From NCBI GenBank assembly GCA_039028615.1, contig JBCCHT010000009.1, forward strand, positions 128,001 through 192,000: DNA of 64,000 nt, read 5' to 3'. The notes below the pieces were generated by a model that was not told the DNA's origin, did not search any database, and worked only from the letters and a program-made list of their open reading frames with translations. The position numbers were made by a program, and so were the translations under genes. This DNA is from Myxococcota bacterium. Its GTDB lineage: Bacteria > Myxococcota_A > Polyangia > Nannocystales > Nannocystaceae. Positions 28,778-37,960 of this stretch are shown here, piece after piece (the stretch's first letter is position 1; each line of letters begins with the position of its first letter).

Positions 28778-28927
28778 ATGGAAGACACCTGCAAATGCCC
28801 GTGCACGCAATGCGAGAGCCATTGCTCCTGCCCCTGTTCGCCTCCCCAAGACGGCGGCTGTTGCTGCGGCGCGACGTGCACCTGCGGCGACAACTGCCCG
28901 TGCGATGAGTCCTGCGGCTGTCCTTGA
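28778..28927 (+). CDS. Metallothionein-like Cys-rich peptide (49 aa, 16 Cys)
   Basis: GAGGA RBS 6 nt before ATG; MEDTCKCPCTQCESHCSCPCSPPQDGGCCCGATCTCGDNCPCDESCGCP; no aromatic residues; all Cys codons TGC/TGT in frame. Confidence 0.85.
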   Translation: MEDTCKCPCTQCESHCSCPCSPPQDGGCCCGATCTCGDNCPCDESCGCP

Positions 28928-28954
28928 TGCCGTGAAGTACACTGATCGTCGTTG

Positions 28955-29521
28955 ATGGCCGTTCAGGCGAAAGTCCCCTCGAGGGAGACCCTGATCGCGG
29001 ATGCTCTTCGTGAGCACGCCGCCCAGTTCCGTGCGTTCGTCGGCGCGCGCGTGCCTCCGGGCGAGGTCGAGGACATCCTGCAGACCGCGGCTTTTCGCGC
29101 CGTCGAGCGCTCCGGGTCCCTGAAGGACTCGGAGCGTCTCCTGCCGTGGCTGTACCGGCTGCATCGCAACATCATCGTCGACACCATGCGCCGACGAGCG
29201 AGCCGCGAGCGCGTGGTCGACCCCCATGCGGTGGCGCCCGAGCCCTCGGCCCAGCCCTCCGAAGACCCGTGTCACTGCGCCCTCGTGCTGGCCCGGCAGC
29301 TGAGCCCGGCCTACGCGTCGATGCTGTCGCTGGTGGACGCGGGAGATGCTTCGGTGGCGGAGGCCGCCGAGGCGCTGGGAATCTCCACCAACAATGCCGC
29401 CGTTCGTCTTCATCGTGCACGCAAGGCCTTGCGAAAAGCGATGCTCGAGCACTGCGGCGTACGCAGCCCGAGCGAGTGCGCCGACTGTCGCTGCGCATTC
29501 GAAGGTTGCTGCGCGATGTGA
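28955..29521 (+). CDS. CorE-like ECF sigma factor with CxC linker and C-terminal Cys-rich domain
   Basis: EDILQ..WLYRLHRN.IVD (sigma2), PCHC linker, AEALGISTNNAAVRLHRARKAL (sigma4), HCGVRSPSECADCRCAFEGCC tail. Confidence 0.88.
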   Translation: MAVQAKVPSRETLIADALREHAAQFRAFVGARVPPGEVEDILQTAAFRAVERSGSLKDSERLLPWLYRLHRNIIVDTMRRRASRERVVDPHAVAPEPSAQPSEDPCHCALVLARQLSPAYASMLSLVDAGDASVAEAAEALGISTNNAAVRLHRARKALRKAMLEHCGVRSPSECADCRCAFEGCCAM

Positions 29522-29578
29522 TGCCCACGGACGAAGGTCCGGCGCCCGTGCCCGCGATTTGAGGCTGTTCGCGGGCTC

Positions 29579-30409
29579 GTGCTATGGGATGACGTCGAGA
29601 TGGCGAAGTTCAACGTCTGTGCCCGGCGGATTCTCGTGGGCACGGCCGTCGCCAGCAGCTACGACTGGATCGACTTTCACCGCTGCGTGGAGGGCCTCGC
29701 CCGCCTGACCGGAGAGCCCTTCACGGCCGTCTTTGCTCGGCTGGAGAAGCAGCACGGCTTCGGTCGTCGCCCCGGTAGCTGGCCGGACGGGAGCACGCTG
29801 CGGGCGGCGACCCGGCAGCTGGTCGAAGAGCGCGAGGCCTGGCTGGCTCGTTACCGTGCCTTCGTCGAGCAACGTCGTCGCGAGAAGAAACAGGGCCTCC
29901 GCCACCGTCGCCGCGAGCCCCTCGAGGAGCTGGAGGCCAGTCGACGCCAGCATGCGGCGTTTCGGCCCCGGCTCGGCTACTGGGGCTGGGCTCGGCTCCG
30001 CGAGGGGCTCGGCACGGTCGTCCCTCACCAGGACTCGCGGCTCCGCTTTCCGATCGTGCGCGGCGGCGGCCTGAGGGTCTGTCTCGATCTGCGCCGTCAC
30101 CCGGAGCCGGCCCTCGATCGAAGCGCGTTCGAGGGACTCGAAGGGGCGCTGGGGAGGACCGAGCTCCGCTCGCGGGTGCTGGTGGTCGTCGCCACGGCGA
30201 AGATTGCTGCGGCCTGGCTGGAGAACCCCGGCGGCCCCGAGCTGCGACGTGCACTGAAGCTGGGGCGGCGGCTCGGCGGTTTTCGTCGCGAGATCTGGCT
30301 GGCCCATCGCACGCCGGCTCACGCGGCCGAGCGCTGGCCCGCGGTGAGCGATGAACTTCGAGCCATCATCGACGGCGAGGGCTGGACGTTGCGGGCGATC
30401 CGGCTATAG
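29579..30409 (+). CDS. Hypothetical protein
   Basis: 276-aa ORF with GC3-rich codons; no motif recognised; start may be 29600. Confidence 0.6.
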   Translation: MLWDDVEMAKFNVCARRILVGTAVASSYDWIDFHRCVEGLARLTGEPFTAVFARLEKQHGFGRRPGSWPDGSTLRAATRQLVEEREAWLARYRAFVEQRRREKKQGLRHRRREPLEELEASRRQHAAFRPRLGYWGWARLREGLGTVVPHQDSRLRFPIVRGGGLRVCLDLRRHPEPALDRSAFEGLEGALGRTELRSRVLVVVATAKIAAAWLENPGGPELRRALKLGRRLGGFRREIWLAHRTPAHAAERWPAVSDELRAIIDGEGWTLRAIRL

Positions 30410-30420
30410 CGACCTCGGCG

Positions 30421-32223
30421 TTACTGCCCGCGTGCAAACTCGATGTCCTCGATGCACTGATCCGCGCCACACATGCGACCAATGACGCGCGCGTGCAGTG
30501 AGCCGACCAGGGGCTCGGGCGAGCCCTCGCCATCCCAGGCGTCGATGCTCAGCGTGCCTTGATGCAGGAACCCGACGTAGTCGAAGTTGCCCGCTTCTCC
30601 CAGCCGGACGACGAGGCCCTTGGCGTCCTCCCAGTCGTCGACCCGAATCTGGGCGCCGGCCTGGAGTGCGTCGCGGTCGACCTCCACTTGGGTCGCGAGG
30701 ACGCCTTCGCCGTAGGTGCCCCGGAAGGTCAGGGTCACGGGGCTGTAGCCCCCGGGATCGACGGCTTCCGCCGTGGCATCGGTGACATCCCACGGCTCAC
30801 CGTCGAGCATGGGCATGACGGTGGCCTCGCCGGGGGCGGGGGGTTGGTCTGCCGAGCCCACCGTCGCCTCGAAGGTCACGTCGAGGGTCCCGCGGTCCAC
30901 GATGCACAAGGCGCTGTACTCGTCGATCTCCCACTGGGGCTCGGCGGCGAGGTCGGCCTCGACTCGGGCGCGCTGCGTCAGCAGGAAGTCGCGCTTGATG
31001 CCCTGGGCAAACTCCACGAGCTCTTCCTCGTCGGGATCGATGTGCGGGGCGACCAGCGCGGCCTGGCGATCGAACTCCGTCACCAGCGCGTCCTCGTCCC
31101 ACACCGTCGCCAAAAGCTCCCGGAGCCGGTCTTCATAGGCGGCGCGGCCCTCGGGGTGGAGATAGAGGCGACGTGCCAGCCGGGCGTTGGCCTTCACCGA
31201 GGCCAGCGTGCCTCCATCCGAACCCCAGAACAGCGTGCCATCGACGCCCCACGGGATGAAGGTGAAGCGTCCGTCCTGGTCGCCGTAGATCCAGAAGTTG
31301 TTCTTGTTCTGGGGGTAGCCGTCGTCGTTGTTAATGAGGACTTCGACGGCCCAGTAGGCATAGAAACGGTCCAGATCGACGACTGCATCGAGAGCCGGGA
31401 TGAGATCGTCGTCGGGGACGGCGGCCGCGGTGACCACCGCGCCCAGATCGAGGCGGCTGGGGTCGGACTCGTTGGTCTTCTTGTCGAAGGTTCCCGTCAG
31501 CGTGGGGCGGAAGTCGCTCTCGTGGCCCTCGTAGAGGTTGCCCTCGTCGGACTCGAAGTGCTGCGCCAAGAAGGGCTTTTTGATGGGCTCGACGTTGACG
31601 TAGAGCCCGAGGTCCTGACCGTTGACGTACACGTGGACGTACGAGCAGCGCGGCGCGGGCACGCCCGCCGCCGCATAGATGCCGTAGCTGATGCACTGGC
31701 CGACCTTGGAGGGGTCTTGCTCGGCGTTGTTGAGCGTCATCCGCTTCATGCCGCCGAGCTCCAGATCCTGGTCGAAGTGATGGAACTTCAGCTTCAGGGC
31801 GGGGCGCTCGTCGTCCATCGACCCGAAGCCCTTCTTGCGCACGCCGACGGGTGCCAAGGGGAATCCATCGACGGTGACGTCGGCCGAAAACCAGGTGAAC
31901 GGCTTCGGGAAGGGGCTGGTGAAGCAGCCGGCTCCCTCGTCGCCGAGGATGTGCTCGTAGTCCCGGCTCTGGTGACGCAGCGCGTCCCAGTCCGCTTCGT
32001 CCATGACGATGGAGATGTCGTAGACTCGCTCGAGATCGAAGAATCGCCCGTCGCTCTGGGGCGGGTCGGCGCCTTCGGTTTCGTCGCCGGAGGTCGTCGT
32101 GTCGACGGCCGCCGTGGTGTCCGACTGGGCGGGCGGCGGCTCGTCGTCGCCGCGTTTGCACGCCGACGCCATCGCCACGAGCGACACCGCAATGCCCGGC
32201 AGCGCCCTGCGAAGGCGTCTCAC
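30421..32223 (-). CDS. CotH kinase-family lipoprotein
   Basis: Signal ending ASAC; VGVRKKG, LKLKF, TLNN..QDPS, GLYVNVE, DGY..NKNNF, FIPWGVD. Confidence 0.88.
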   Translation of the reverse strand: MRRLRRALPGIAVSLVAMASACKRGDDEPPPAQSDTTAAVDTTTSGDETEGADPPQSDGRFFDLERVYDISIVMDEADWDALRHQSRDYEHILGDEGAGCFTSPFPKPFTWFSADVTVDGFPLAPVGVRKKGFGSMDDERPALKLKFHHFDQDLELGGMKRMTLNNAEQDPSKVGQCISYGIYAAAGVPAPRCSYVHVYVNGQDLGLYVNVEPIKKPFLAQHFESDEGNLYEGHESDFRPTLTGTFDKKTNESDPSRLDLGAVVTAAAVPDDDLIPALDAVVDLDRFYAYWAVEVLINNDDGYPQNKNNFWIYGDQDGRFTFIPWGVDGTLFWGSDGGTLASVKANARLARRLYLHPEGRAAYEDRLRELLATVWDEDALVTEFDRQAALVAPHIDPDEEELVEFAQGIKRDFLLTQRARVEADLAAEPQWEIDEYSALCIVDRGTLDVTFEATVGSADQPPAPGEATVMPMLDGEPWDVTDATAEAVDPGGYSPVTLTFRGTYGEGVLATQVEVDRDALQAGAQIRVDDWEDAKGLVVRLGEAGNFDYVGFLHQGTLSIDAWDGEGSPEPLVGSLHARVIGRMCGADQCIEDIEFARGQ

Positions 32224-32261
32224 GCTAGCGAGTACACCACACCGACCCTTCGCGGGTCATT

Positions 32262-32468
32262 TCAGTCCAGGATCTCCAGGTCGTCGAGGCTGAGGTCTTC
32301 GACGACGGGGAGTCGGACGGTATCGGCAGGATCCGGGTCTGGCTCGGATTGAGGCGCATAGACTTCCGGTGGGTGCTCGGCCGTCGAGCGGGGATCGTGA
32401 CTGACATCGAACGTGCCCGCGATGAGCACGTGGTTGGCGCTGCTTTTGAACAAAGGGGAGGCGAGCAT
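32262..32468 (-). CDS. Small acidic hypothetical protein (68 aa)
   Basis: GAGGA RBS before ATG 32468; coding-like 3' codons; tail VEDLSLDDLEILD. Confidence 0.45.
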   Translation of the reverse strand: MLASPLFKSSANHVLIAGTFDVSHDPRSTAEHPPEVYAPQSEPDPDPADTVRLPVVEDLSLDDLEILD

Positions 32469-32575
32469 CGGCAGTCCTCGGAAGGTTGGAGCGTGCTCCA
32501 CCCCGTCCGGGTTACGTGGCGAACCCAGCGCCGGTCACTTTGTCGCGGATGTCACTACACGCCGCGCCTTGAAAC

Positions 32576-33553
32576 CTATTCGGGATAGCCCTGGGGAAAG
32601 CGTTGGTGCCACTTCCAGGCGCTGTCGACGATGTCTCGCAGCTCGGGGAACTTGGGGGTCCAACCCAGTTCGGCGCGGATCTTGGTGCTGTCGGCGGTGA
32701 GGGCGGCCGGGTCTCCGGGGCGTCGATCGGCCATCTCGTGGGGCACGGGGTGCCCGGTGACCGCACGTGCCGTCTCGATGACCTCCATCACGGAGAAGCC
32801 CTGGCCGTTGCCGAGGTTGTAGACCCGGCTGCCTTCGTCGAGGGCGCGCAGCGCCAGGATATGGGCCTGCGCCAGGTCGATGATGTGGATGTAGTCGCGG
32901 ATGCAGGTGCCGTCGCGCGTGGGGTAGTCGTTGCCGAAGACGAAGATCTTGTCGCGCTTGCCCTGGGCGACCTGGAGCACCAGCGGAATGAGGTGGGTCT
33001 CGGGGTCGTGATGCTCACCCCGATCGACGCTGGCCCCGGCGGCGTTGAAGTAGCGCAGGGCGGCGAAGCGCATGCCGTGCACCGTCTCCGTCCACTTCAG
33101 GATGCGCTCGAGCATGTGCTTGGACTCACCGTAGGGGCTGCCCGGGATGATGCGCTCGTTCTCGTCGATGGGCACCTTGCTCGGCTCACCGAAGAGCGCG
33201 GCGGTGGACGAGAGGATGAAGCGGCCGATGTTGCGCTCGACCATGCTCTCGATGAGGTTGAGGCCGTTGGTGACGTTGTCCCCCACGTACAGGAACGGCT
33301 TTTTCATCGACTCGCCGACCTGCGAGCGAGCGGCGAAGTGCATGACCGCATCGGGCTTGGTCTCGTCGAGCACCGCGTCCACGGCGGCTCGATCGGCGAG
33401 GTCACCCTCCACGAGCCGGGCCTTCGGGTGGACCGCGGCGCGGTGTCCGAGCGAGAGGTTGTCGAAGACCACCACCTCGGCGCCGGTCTCCACCAGCTGC
33501 TCGACCGTCACGCTCCCGATGTAGCCCGCGCCTCCAGTGACCAAGATCTTCAT
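32576..33553 (-). CDS. galE: UDP-glucose 4-epimerase
   Basis: [42 protein letters not shown]. Confidence 0.96.
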   Translation of the reverse strand: MKILVTGGAGYIGSVTVEQLVETGAEVVVFDNLSLGHRAAVHPKARLVEGDLADRAAVDAVLDETKPDAVMHFAARSQVGESMKKPFLYVGDNVTNGLNLIESMVERNIGRFILSSTAALFGEPSKVPIDENERIIPGSPYGESKHMLERILKWTETVHGMRFAALRYFNAAGASVDRGEHHDPETHLIPLVLQVAQGKRDKIFVFGNDYPTRDGTCIRDYIHIIDLAQAHILALRALDEGSRVYNLGNGQGFSVMEVIETARAVTGHPVPHEMADRRPGDPAALTADSTKIRAELGWTPKFPELRDIVDSAWKWHQRFPQGYPE

Positions 33554-33643
33554 GCGAACGGCATCGTAGCAGCCAGCGGGTACCCCGGGGCGGACGGGGC
33601 CGCAGCGACCCATCGTGCGTTGGGTCGCGGGCAGGCTCTTCTT

Positions 33644-34840
33644 TTACAGGCCGAGGGCCTGCGGGGCGGAGGCGAAGTAGGCCTCGAGCTCGTCTCGCAG
33701 AGGCTGCTTGGCCTCGGGCGGAAGCCAGGCGCTGTCGATACCGCCCAGGGCGAGCTGGCGTAGCTGATCGAGCGTGGGATCGAGCCACTCGATGATCGCC
33801 AGGTAGTTCGCATCCGCATACCCGCCGAAGTACGCGGGGTCGTCGGAGTTGATGCACACCAACACCCCGTGGCCCTGCAGCTCGAAGAGGTTGGACTCGG
33901 TGGGATCGGGAAAGACCTTGAGCTCGAGGTTGGAGCGAGGGCAGACGGTGAGCGGGATGCGATGGGGCTCGCCGTAGGCGGCGAGGACCTCGGGGCCGTC
34001 CTGGGCCGTGGCGAGGAACTCGAGCAGCGCCGGGTCTTCGGTGGAGCGCACGCCGTGGTCGATGCGGGTGACCTTCAGCTCGCGCAGCGACGTCCAGATA
34101 TATGCGGGCGGGCCTTCCTCGCCTGCGTGTGCGGTGGGGAGCAGGCCTTCGCTCCGCGCCCGGGCGAAGACCTCGGTGAACAGCTCGGGAGGGTAGGGCG
34201 CTTCGTACGAGTCCAGCCCCAGGCCCACGATGCGCCGGTCGGCGGGCGCGTGGCGGTTGTGGTCGAGCACCTGCCCCAGCGTGGCCCAGGCGGTGGCCTC
34301 GGACAGCGATGCGCCGCTCCAGTCGCGATCCTTGGCGGCATCGCCCGCCTCACCCACCGGAGCGTCGCGCAACAAGCAGGCGATGAGCCGCACGTGGATC
34401 CCCGCGTCGATCGCCGGCTGCAGGCCGCTCCACAGGCCGCGGACCACGGTCGACATCGCAATGCCTCGACTGGTGTGGGTCTGGGGATCGAAGAAAATCT
34501 CGGCCACGCGAACCTGCTGCGCGATTAGGCGCTGGGCGTAGGCTTCTGCGAGATCGTGGAAGTCTCGTTCGTTCAGTATGGCGCCCGCGACCGCGTAGTA
34601 GACGTCGAGGAACTGGCCCAGGTCGTCGAAGCGGTAGGCCGCGCGCAGGTCATCGAGCTTCGCGTAGGGAAACGCTTTGGAACCCTGTTCGATGCCATTT
34701 CGTTGCGCCATGGCAAAGGCGAGTTCCGGCTCGAGCGTGCCTTCGATGTGCACGTGCAGGACCGTTTTGGGCATGTGCGCGATGAAGGTCTGCAGTCGCG
34801 TGGGGTCGACCGAGCGCAGCGATCGTGCATGACTGGACAT
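33644..34840 (-). CDS. Adenosine/adenine deaminase family protein
   Basis: HVHIEGTLEPE, FFDPQTHT, AHAGEEGP, RIDHGVR, NSDDPAYFGGY. Confidence 0.92.
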   Translation of the reverse strand: MSSHARSLRSVDPTRLQTFIAHMPKTVLHVHIEGTLEPELAFAMAQRNGIEQGSKAFPYAKLDDLRAAYRFDDLGQFLDVYYAVAGAILNERDFHDLAEAYAQRLIAQQVRVAEIFFDPQTHTSRGIAMSTVVRGLWSGLQPAIDAGIHVRLIACLLRDAPVGEAGDAAKDRDWSGASLSEATAWATLGQVLDHNRHAPADRRIVGLGLDSYEAPYPPELFTEVFARARSEGLLPTAHAGEEGPPAYIWTSLRELKVTRIDHGVRSTEDPALLEFLATAQDGPEVLAAYGEPHRIPLTVCPRSNLELKVFPDPTESNLFELQGHGVLVCINSDDPAYFGGYADANYLAIIEWLDPTLDQLRQLALGGIDSAWLPPEAKQPLRDELEAYFASAPQALGL

Positions 34841-34904
34841 CGAGCCAACTGTATCGAAGTCGTGGGCCTGATATGATGATGTTTCCGGCCGAAAGAGGGA
34901 GGGG

Positions 34905-35474
34905 TTGATTCAAGGCAATCCGATCCGCGAGACCACGCGTCGTTTGATAGCGGAGCTCGATCGTCAAACGCTCGAGCTGGCGGAAGCAGGTGCGCGTAGA
35001 CACTCGCTGGACGCGACGGGCCAGGCCATGGCCGTCGCGGACACCCTCGAGCTATTGGCGGCGGCGCGGGTCTTGGCGCGGCTGGCGGGGCTGGATATCG
35101 GAGAAGAGCAGGCCGTTCGCCTGCTGCTGTATCGCTACGAAGTGCCCGAGGCGGTCCGAGAGCACGTGCTGGGGTTCGCAGCCGGCAGCGCGTCGTTCGA
35201 GCACGTGCAGGCGCTGTTCGTGCCCGGTCGCCAGGTCACCCGACACCTGTTTTGGGTGTTCGCCTCGCTGGCCTGCTTCGAGGGGCTGCGCGACGACGTG
35301 CGGGACCAGGTCGAGTCTTTGGGCTATCGGCTCGGGCTGGGCGCGGATCTCGTGCGCGTGCTCCTGCAAGAGGCCGAAGTCTCGGTGGCGGCCACCCTGC
35401 GGGGCGACGACGCCACTTTGCGTCGACTTCGCCAGCTCCGCTACGCGATCTTCGACTTCGGCATGTCGTCCTGA
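34905..35474 (+). CDS. Hypothetical helical protein (weakly TerB-like)
   Basis: Strong GAGGGAGGGG RBS before TTG; LA..EG...E.LG.RLGL pattern is only suggestive. Confidence 0.6.
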   Translation: MIQGNPIRETTRRLIAELDRQTLELAEAGARRHSLDATGQAMAVADTLELLAAARVLARLAGLDIGEEQAVRLLLYRYEVPEAVREHVLGFAAGSASFEHVQALFVPGRQVTRHLFWVFASLACFEGLRDDVRDQVESLGYRLGLGADLVRVLLQEAEVSVAATLRGDDATLRRLRQLRYAIFDFGMSS

Positions 35475-35532
35475 CACCGTCCGCATCGGCGTCGATCGAC
35501 AAGCGGCGCCGGGTCGGTGAACATGGCGTTCG

Positions 35533-37230
35533 ATGGCAGGCCTGCTCGACGCCCTGAAGAAGGACCGTATCGTCGCGGAACCCGGCTACAACCGCTGGAA
35601 GGTCCCGCCCGCCTCGATCTCGATTCACCTGTGCATCGGCTCGGTCTATGCCTGGAGCATCTTCAACCCCCCGCTGACCCGGGCGCTGGGGGTGGTGGGA
35701 AGCTCGGCCGACGACTGGGACCTCAGCGCGGTCGTCTGGATCTTCTCGGTCGCCATCGTGTTCCTGGGCCTCACCGCGGCGGTGGCCGGGCGCTGGCTCG
35801 AGCAGGTCGGCCCGCGCATGGTCGGGGTGGCGGCCGCGTGCTGCTGGGGCGGCGGCTTCTTGCTCGGCGGCCTGGGCATCACCACCCACCAGCTGTGGCT
35901 GCTCTATCTCGGCTATGGCGTGCTCGGTGGGGCCGGCCTCGGCCTAGGCTACGTGTCGCCGGTCAGCACCCTCATTCGCTGGTTTCCCGACCGCCGCGGC
36001 ATGGCCACGGGCATGGCGATCATGGGCTTCGGGGGAGGAGCGATGATCGCCGCGCCGCTCAAGGAGTGGCTGCTGGGGCTCTACTATCGGGCGCCCGATT
36101 ATCTCGGCCCCACCGACGAGGTCTCGCTGGTCACCGAAGGCGGGCGGCGCCTGGCCGAGGTGGCGGGGCAGCTACGCGAGGTCGTGGTGGTCGGGGCAGG
36201 CGACGTGGCGGCGATGGCCCAGCCTGGCCCCGAGGGGGTCTACGTGGTGGGGACGGGCTCCACTGGCGTGGCGTCGACCTTCTTCACCCTCGGGCTCGTC
36301 TACTTCGTGGTCATGCTGGTGGCCTCGTTCTCCTATCGGGTGCCGCCGCAGGACTGGACCCCCGAGGGCTGGACGCCGCCCTCGGACGACCGAGCGTCGC
36401 GCAAGATGATCACGCGACACCACGTCGACATCGACCAGGCGCTCAAGACCCCGCAGTTCTACCTGCTGTGGATCGTGCTGTGCTTCAACGTGACCGCGGG
36501 CATCGGCGTGCTCGGGGTCGCCAAGACCATGATGAGCGAGATCTTCGGCAGCACGCTGCCGCACGTGGTCGACGGCGCGTTCGCGGCCACCTACGTGCTG
36601 ATGATCTCGGTCTTCAACATGGCGGGGCGCTTCGCCTGGGCGAGCCTGTCGGACTGGATCGGCCGCAAGACCACCTACACCGTGTTCTTCGTGCTGGGCA
36701 CGGCGCTGTACCTCAGCATTCCCTATGCCGCGCAGCAGGTGAGCGCGTCGCCGGCCGTCGAGTGGTTGGTGCTCTTTTATGCGGCCACGATGATCATCTT
36801 CACGATGTACGGCGGGGGCTTTGCCACCATCCCCGCGTACCTCGCCGACATCTTCGGCACGCGCTTCGTGGGGGGCATCCACGGACGGCTGCTCACCGCC
36901 TGGAGCACGGCCGGGGTGTTGGGTCCCTTGGCGATCACTTCGCTGCGGGCGGGCTCCATGCGCAATGCCATCAGCGACCTGTCGACCAAGGTCGACCCGG
37001 CCGCGTTCGAGGCCAAGTTCGGGGCCGGCCTGGACCAGCTGGATGCGCTGGTCGAGGCGAAGACGGTGACCATCGCCAAGCTCATGGAGCTGGCGCCGCC
37101 CGGGACCGCCGACCCCTCGAGCACGCTGTACAACACCACCATGATGGTCATGGCGGGGCTGCTGGTGGCGGCGTTGGTGGCCAACCTGATGGTCAAGCCA
37201 GTCGACGCCAAGCACCACCTCGAGGAGTGA
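35533..37230 (+). CDS. OFA-family (oxalate/formate antiporter-like) MFS transporter
   Basis: HLCIGSVYAWS, WFPDRRGMATGMAIMGFGGGA, YGGGFATIPAYLADIFG. Confidence 0.93.
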   Translation: MAGLLDALKKDRIVAEPGYNRWKVPPASISIHLCIGSVYAWSIFNPPLTRALGVVGSSADDWDLSAVVWIFSVAIVFLGLTAAVAGRWLEQVGPRMVGVAAACCWGGGFLLGGLGITTHQLWLLYLGYGVLGGAGLGLGYVSPVSTLIRWFPDRRGMATGMAIMGFGGGAMIAAPLKEWLLGLYYRAPDYLGPTDEVSLVTEGGRRLAEVAGQLREVVVVGAGDVAAMAQPGPEGVYVVGTGSTGVASTFFTLGLVYFVVMLVASFSYRVPPQDWTPEGWTPPSDDRASRKMITRHHVDIDQALKTPQFYLLWIVLCFNVTAGIGVLGVAKTMMSEIFGSTLPHVVDGAFAATYVLMISVFNMAGRFAWASLSDWIGRKTTYTVFFVLGTALYLSIPYAAQQVSASPAVEWLVLFYAATMIIFTMYGGGFATIPAYLADIFGTRFVGGIHGRLLTAWSTAGVLGPLAITSLRAGSMRNAISDLSTKVDPAAFEAKFGAGLDQLDALVEAKTVTIAKLMELAPPGTADPSSTLYNTTMMVMAGLLVAALVANLMVKPVDAKHHLEE

Positions 37231-37233
37231 GGG

Positions 37234-37881
37234 TCAGCTCGCGTTGGCGTGGGGGTCGGGCATGATGTCGATCGAGGGCGGGTAGACCTCGCGGAAGGCG
37301 GGACGCTCGGACAGCCGGGCCAGGTAGGCGCCCAGCGTAGCGTTCGACTCCAGCAGCCCGTGCATCTTGGCCCAGACCAGCGAGTGTCCGACGCAGATGT
37401 CGGCGACGGAGAAGGCCTCGCCGAGCAGGTAGGGCCCGTCGCCGAGCGAGCGGGCGATGCGGTCGGCTCGCGTGTTCCACTTGTCGACGGTCTCGGCCAC
37501 CAACTGCGGGTCGCGCTGGGCCGGGGGCCGAAAGAGGCGATGGGCGTTGAGGGTGGCGAGCAGGTGATCGAGCTCGGCGGGGGCAAAGACCGCCCACTGC
37601 AGAGCGGACCGCCACGCGGCCGTGCCCACCTCGGGGAGTAGGGGGGTCCCCGTCGAGGCGATGAGCGCCAGCGCCGAGGACTCGACCACTGGCTGCCCGT
37701 CGAATACGGCCGTCGGCACCACGCCCAGGGGGTTTACGGCGAGGTAGGCCTCGGATTTCTGCTCCCCCGCGAACACGTCGACCTGATGGGGTTCGTAGGA
37801 CAGACCCGCCTCGACAAAAGCCCAGCGGGCACGGGCGGAGCGGGTGGGTTGGGGGGAGAAGTACAGATCGGGAGTGCTCAT
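37234..37881 (-). CDS. Glutathione S-transferase family protein
   Basis: RSARARW, NPLGVVP, ESSA, YLLGEAFSVADI, RPAF. Confidence 0.9.
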   Translation of the reverse strand: MSTPDLYFSPQPTRSARARWAFVEAGLSYEPHQVDVFAGEQKSEAYLAVNPLGVVPTAVFDGQPVVESSALALIASTGTPLLPEVGTAAWRSALQWAVFAPAELDHLLATLNAHRLFRPPAQRDPQLVAETVDKWNTRADRIARSLGDGPYLLGEAFSVADICVGHSLVWAKMHGLLESNATLGAYLARLSERPAFREVYPPSIDIMPDPHANAS

Positions 37882-37884
37882 GGA

Positions 37885-37934
37885 TTTAGCTTTCAAAATG
37901 AAAGCTAAAATTATAACTTGCGATTTGCAATCTA
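37885..37934. promoter_or_regulatory. HxlR operator candidates in the divergent GST/HxlR gap
   Basis: Perfect palindrome TTTAGCTTTCA-AAA-TGAAAGCTAAA (37885-37909) plus degenerate copy TAACTTGCGATTTGCAATCTA (37914-37934). Confidence 0.75.
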
Positions 37935-37960
37935 ATTAATCGAGCTAGACTGGCGTCGCC

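Noticed and set aside
28778..28927. Cys-rich peptide as a RiPP precursor (ranthipeptide or thiazole type)
   Set aside because: No leader/core division and no radical SAM, YcaO or transporter genes nearby; the adjacent metal-sensing-type sigma favours a metallothionein
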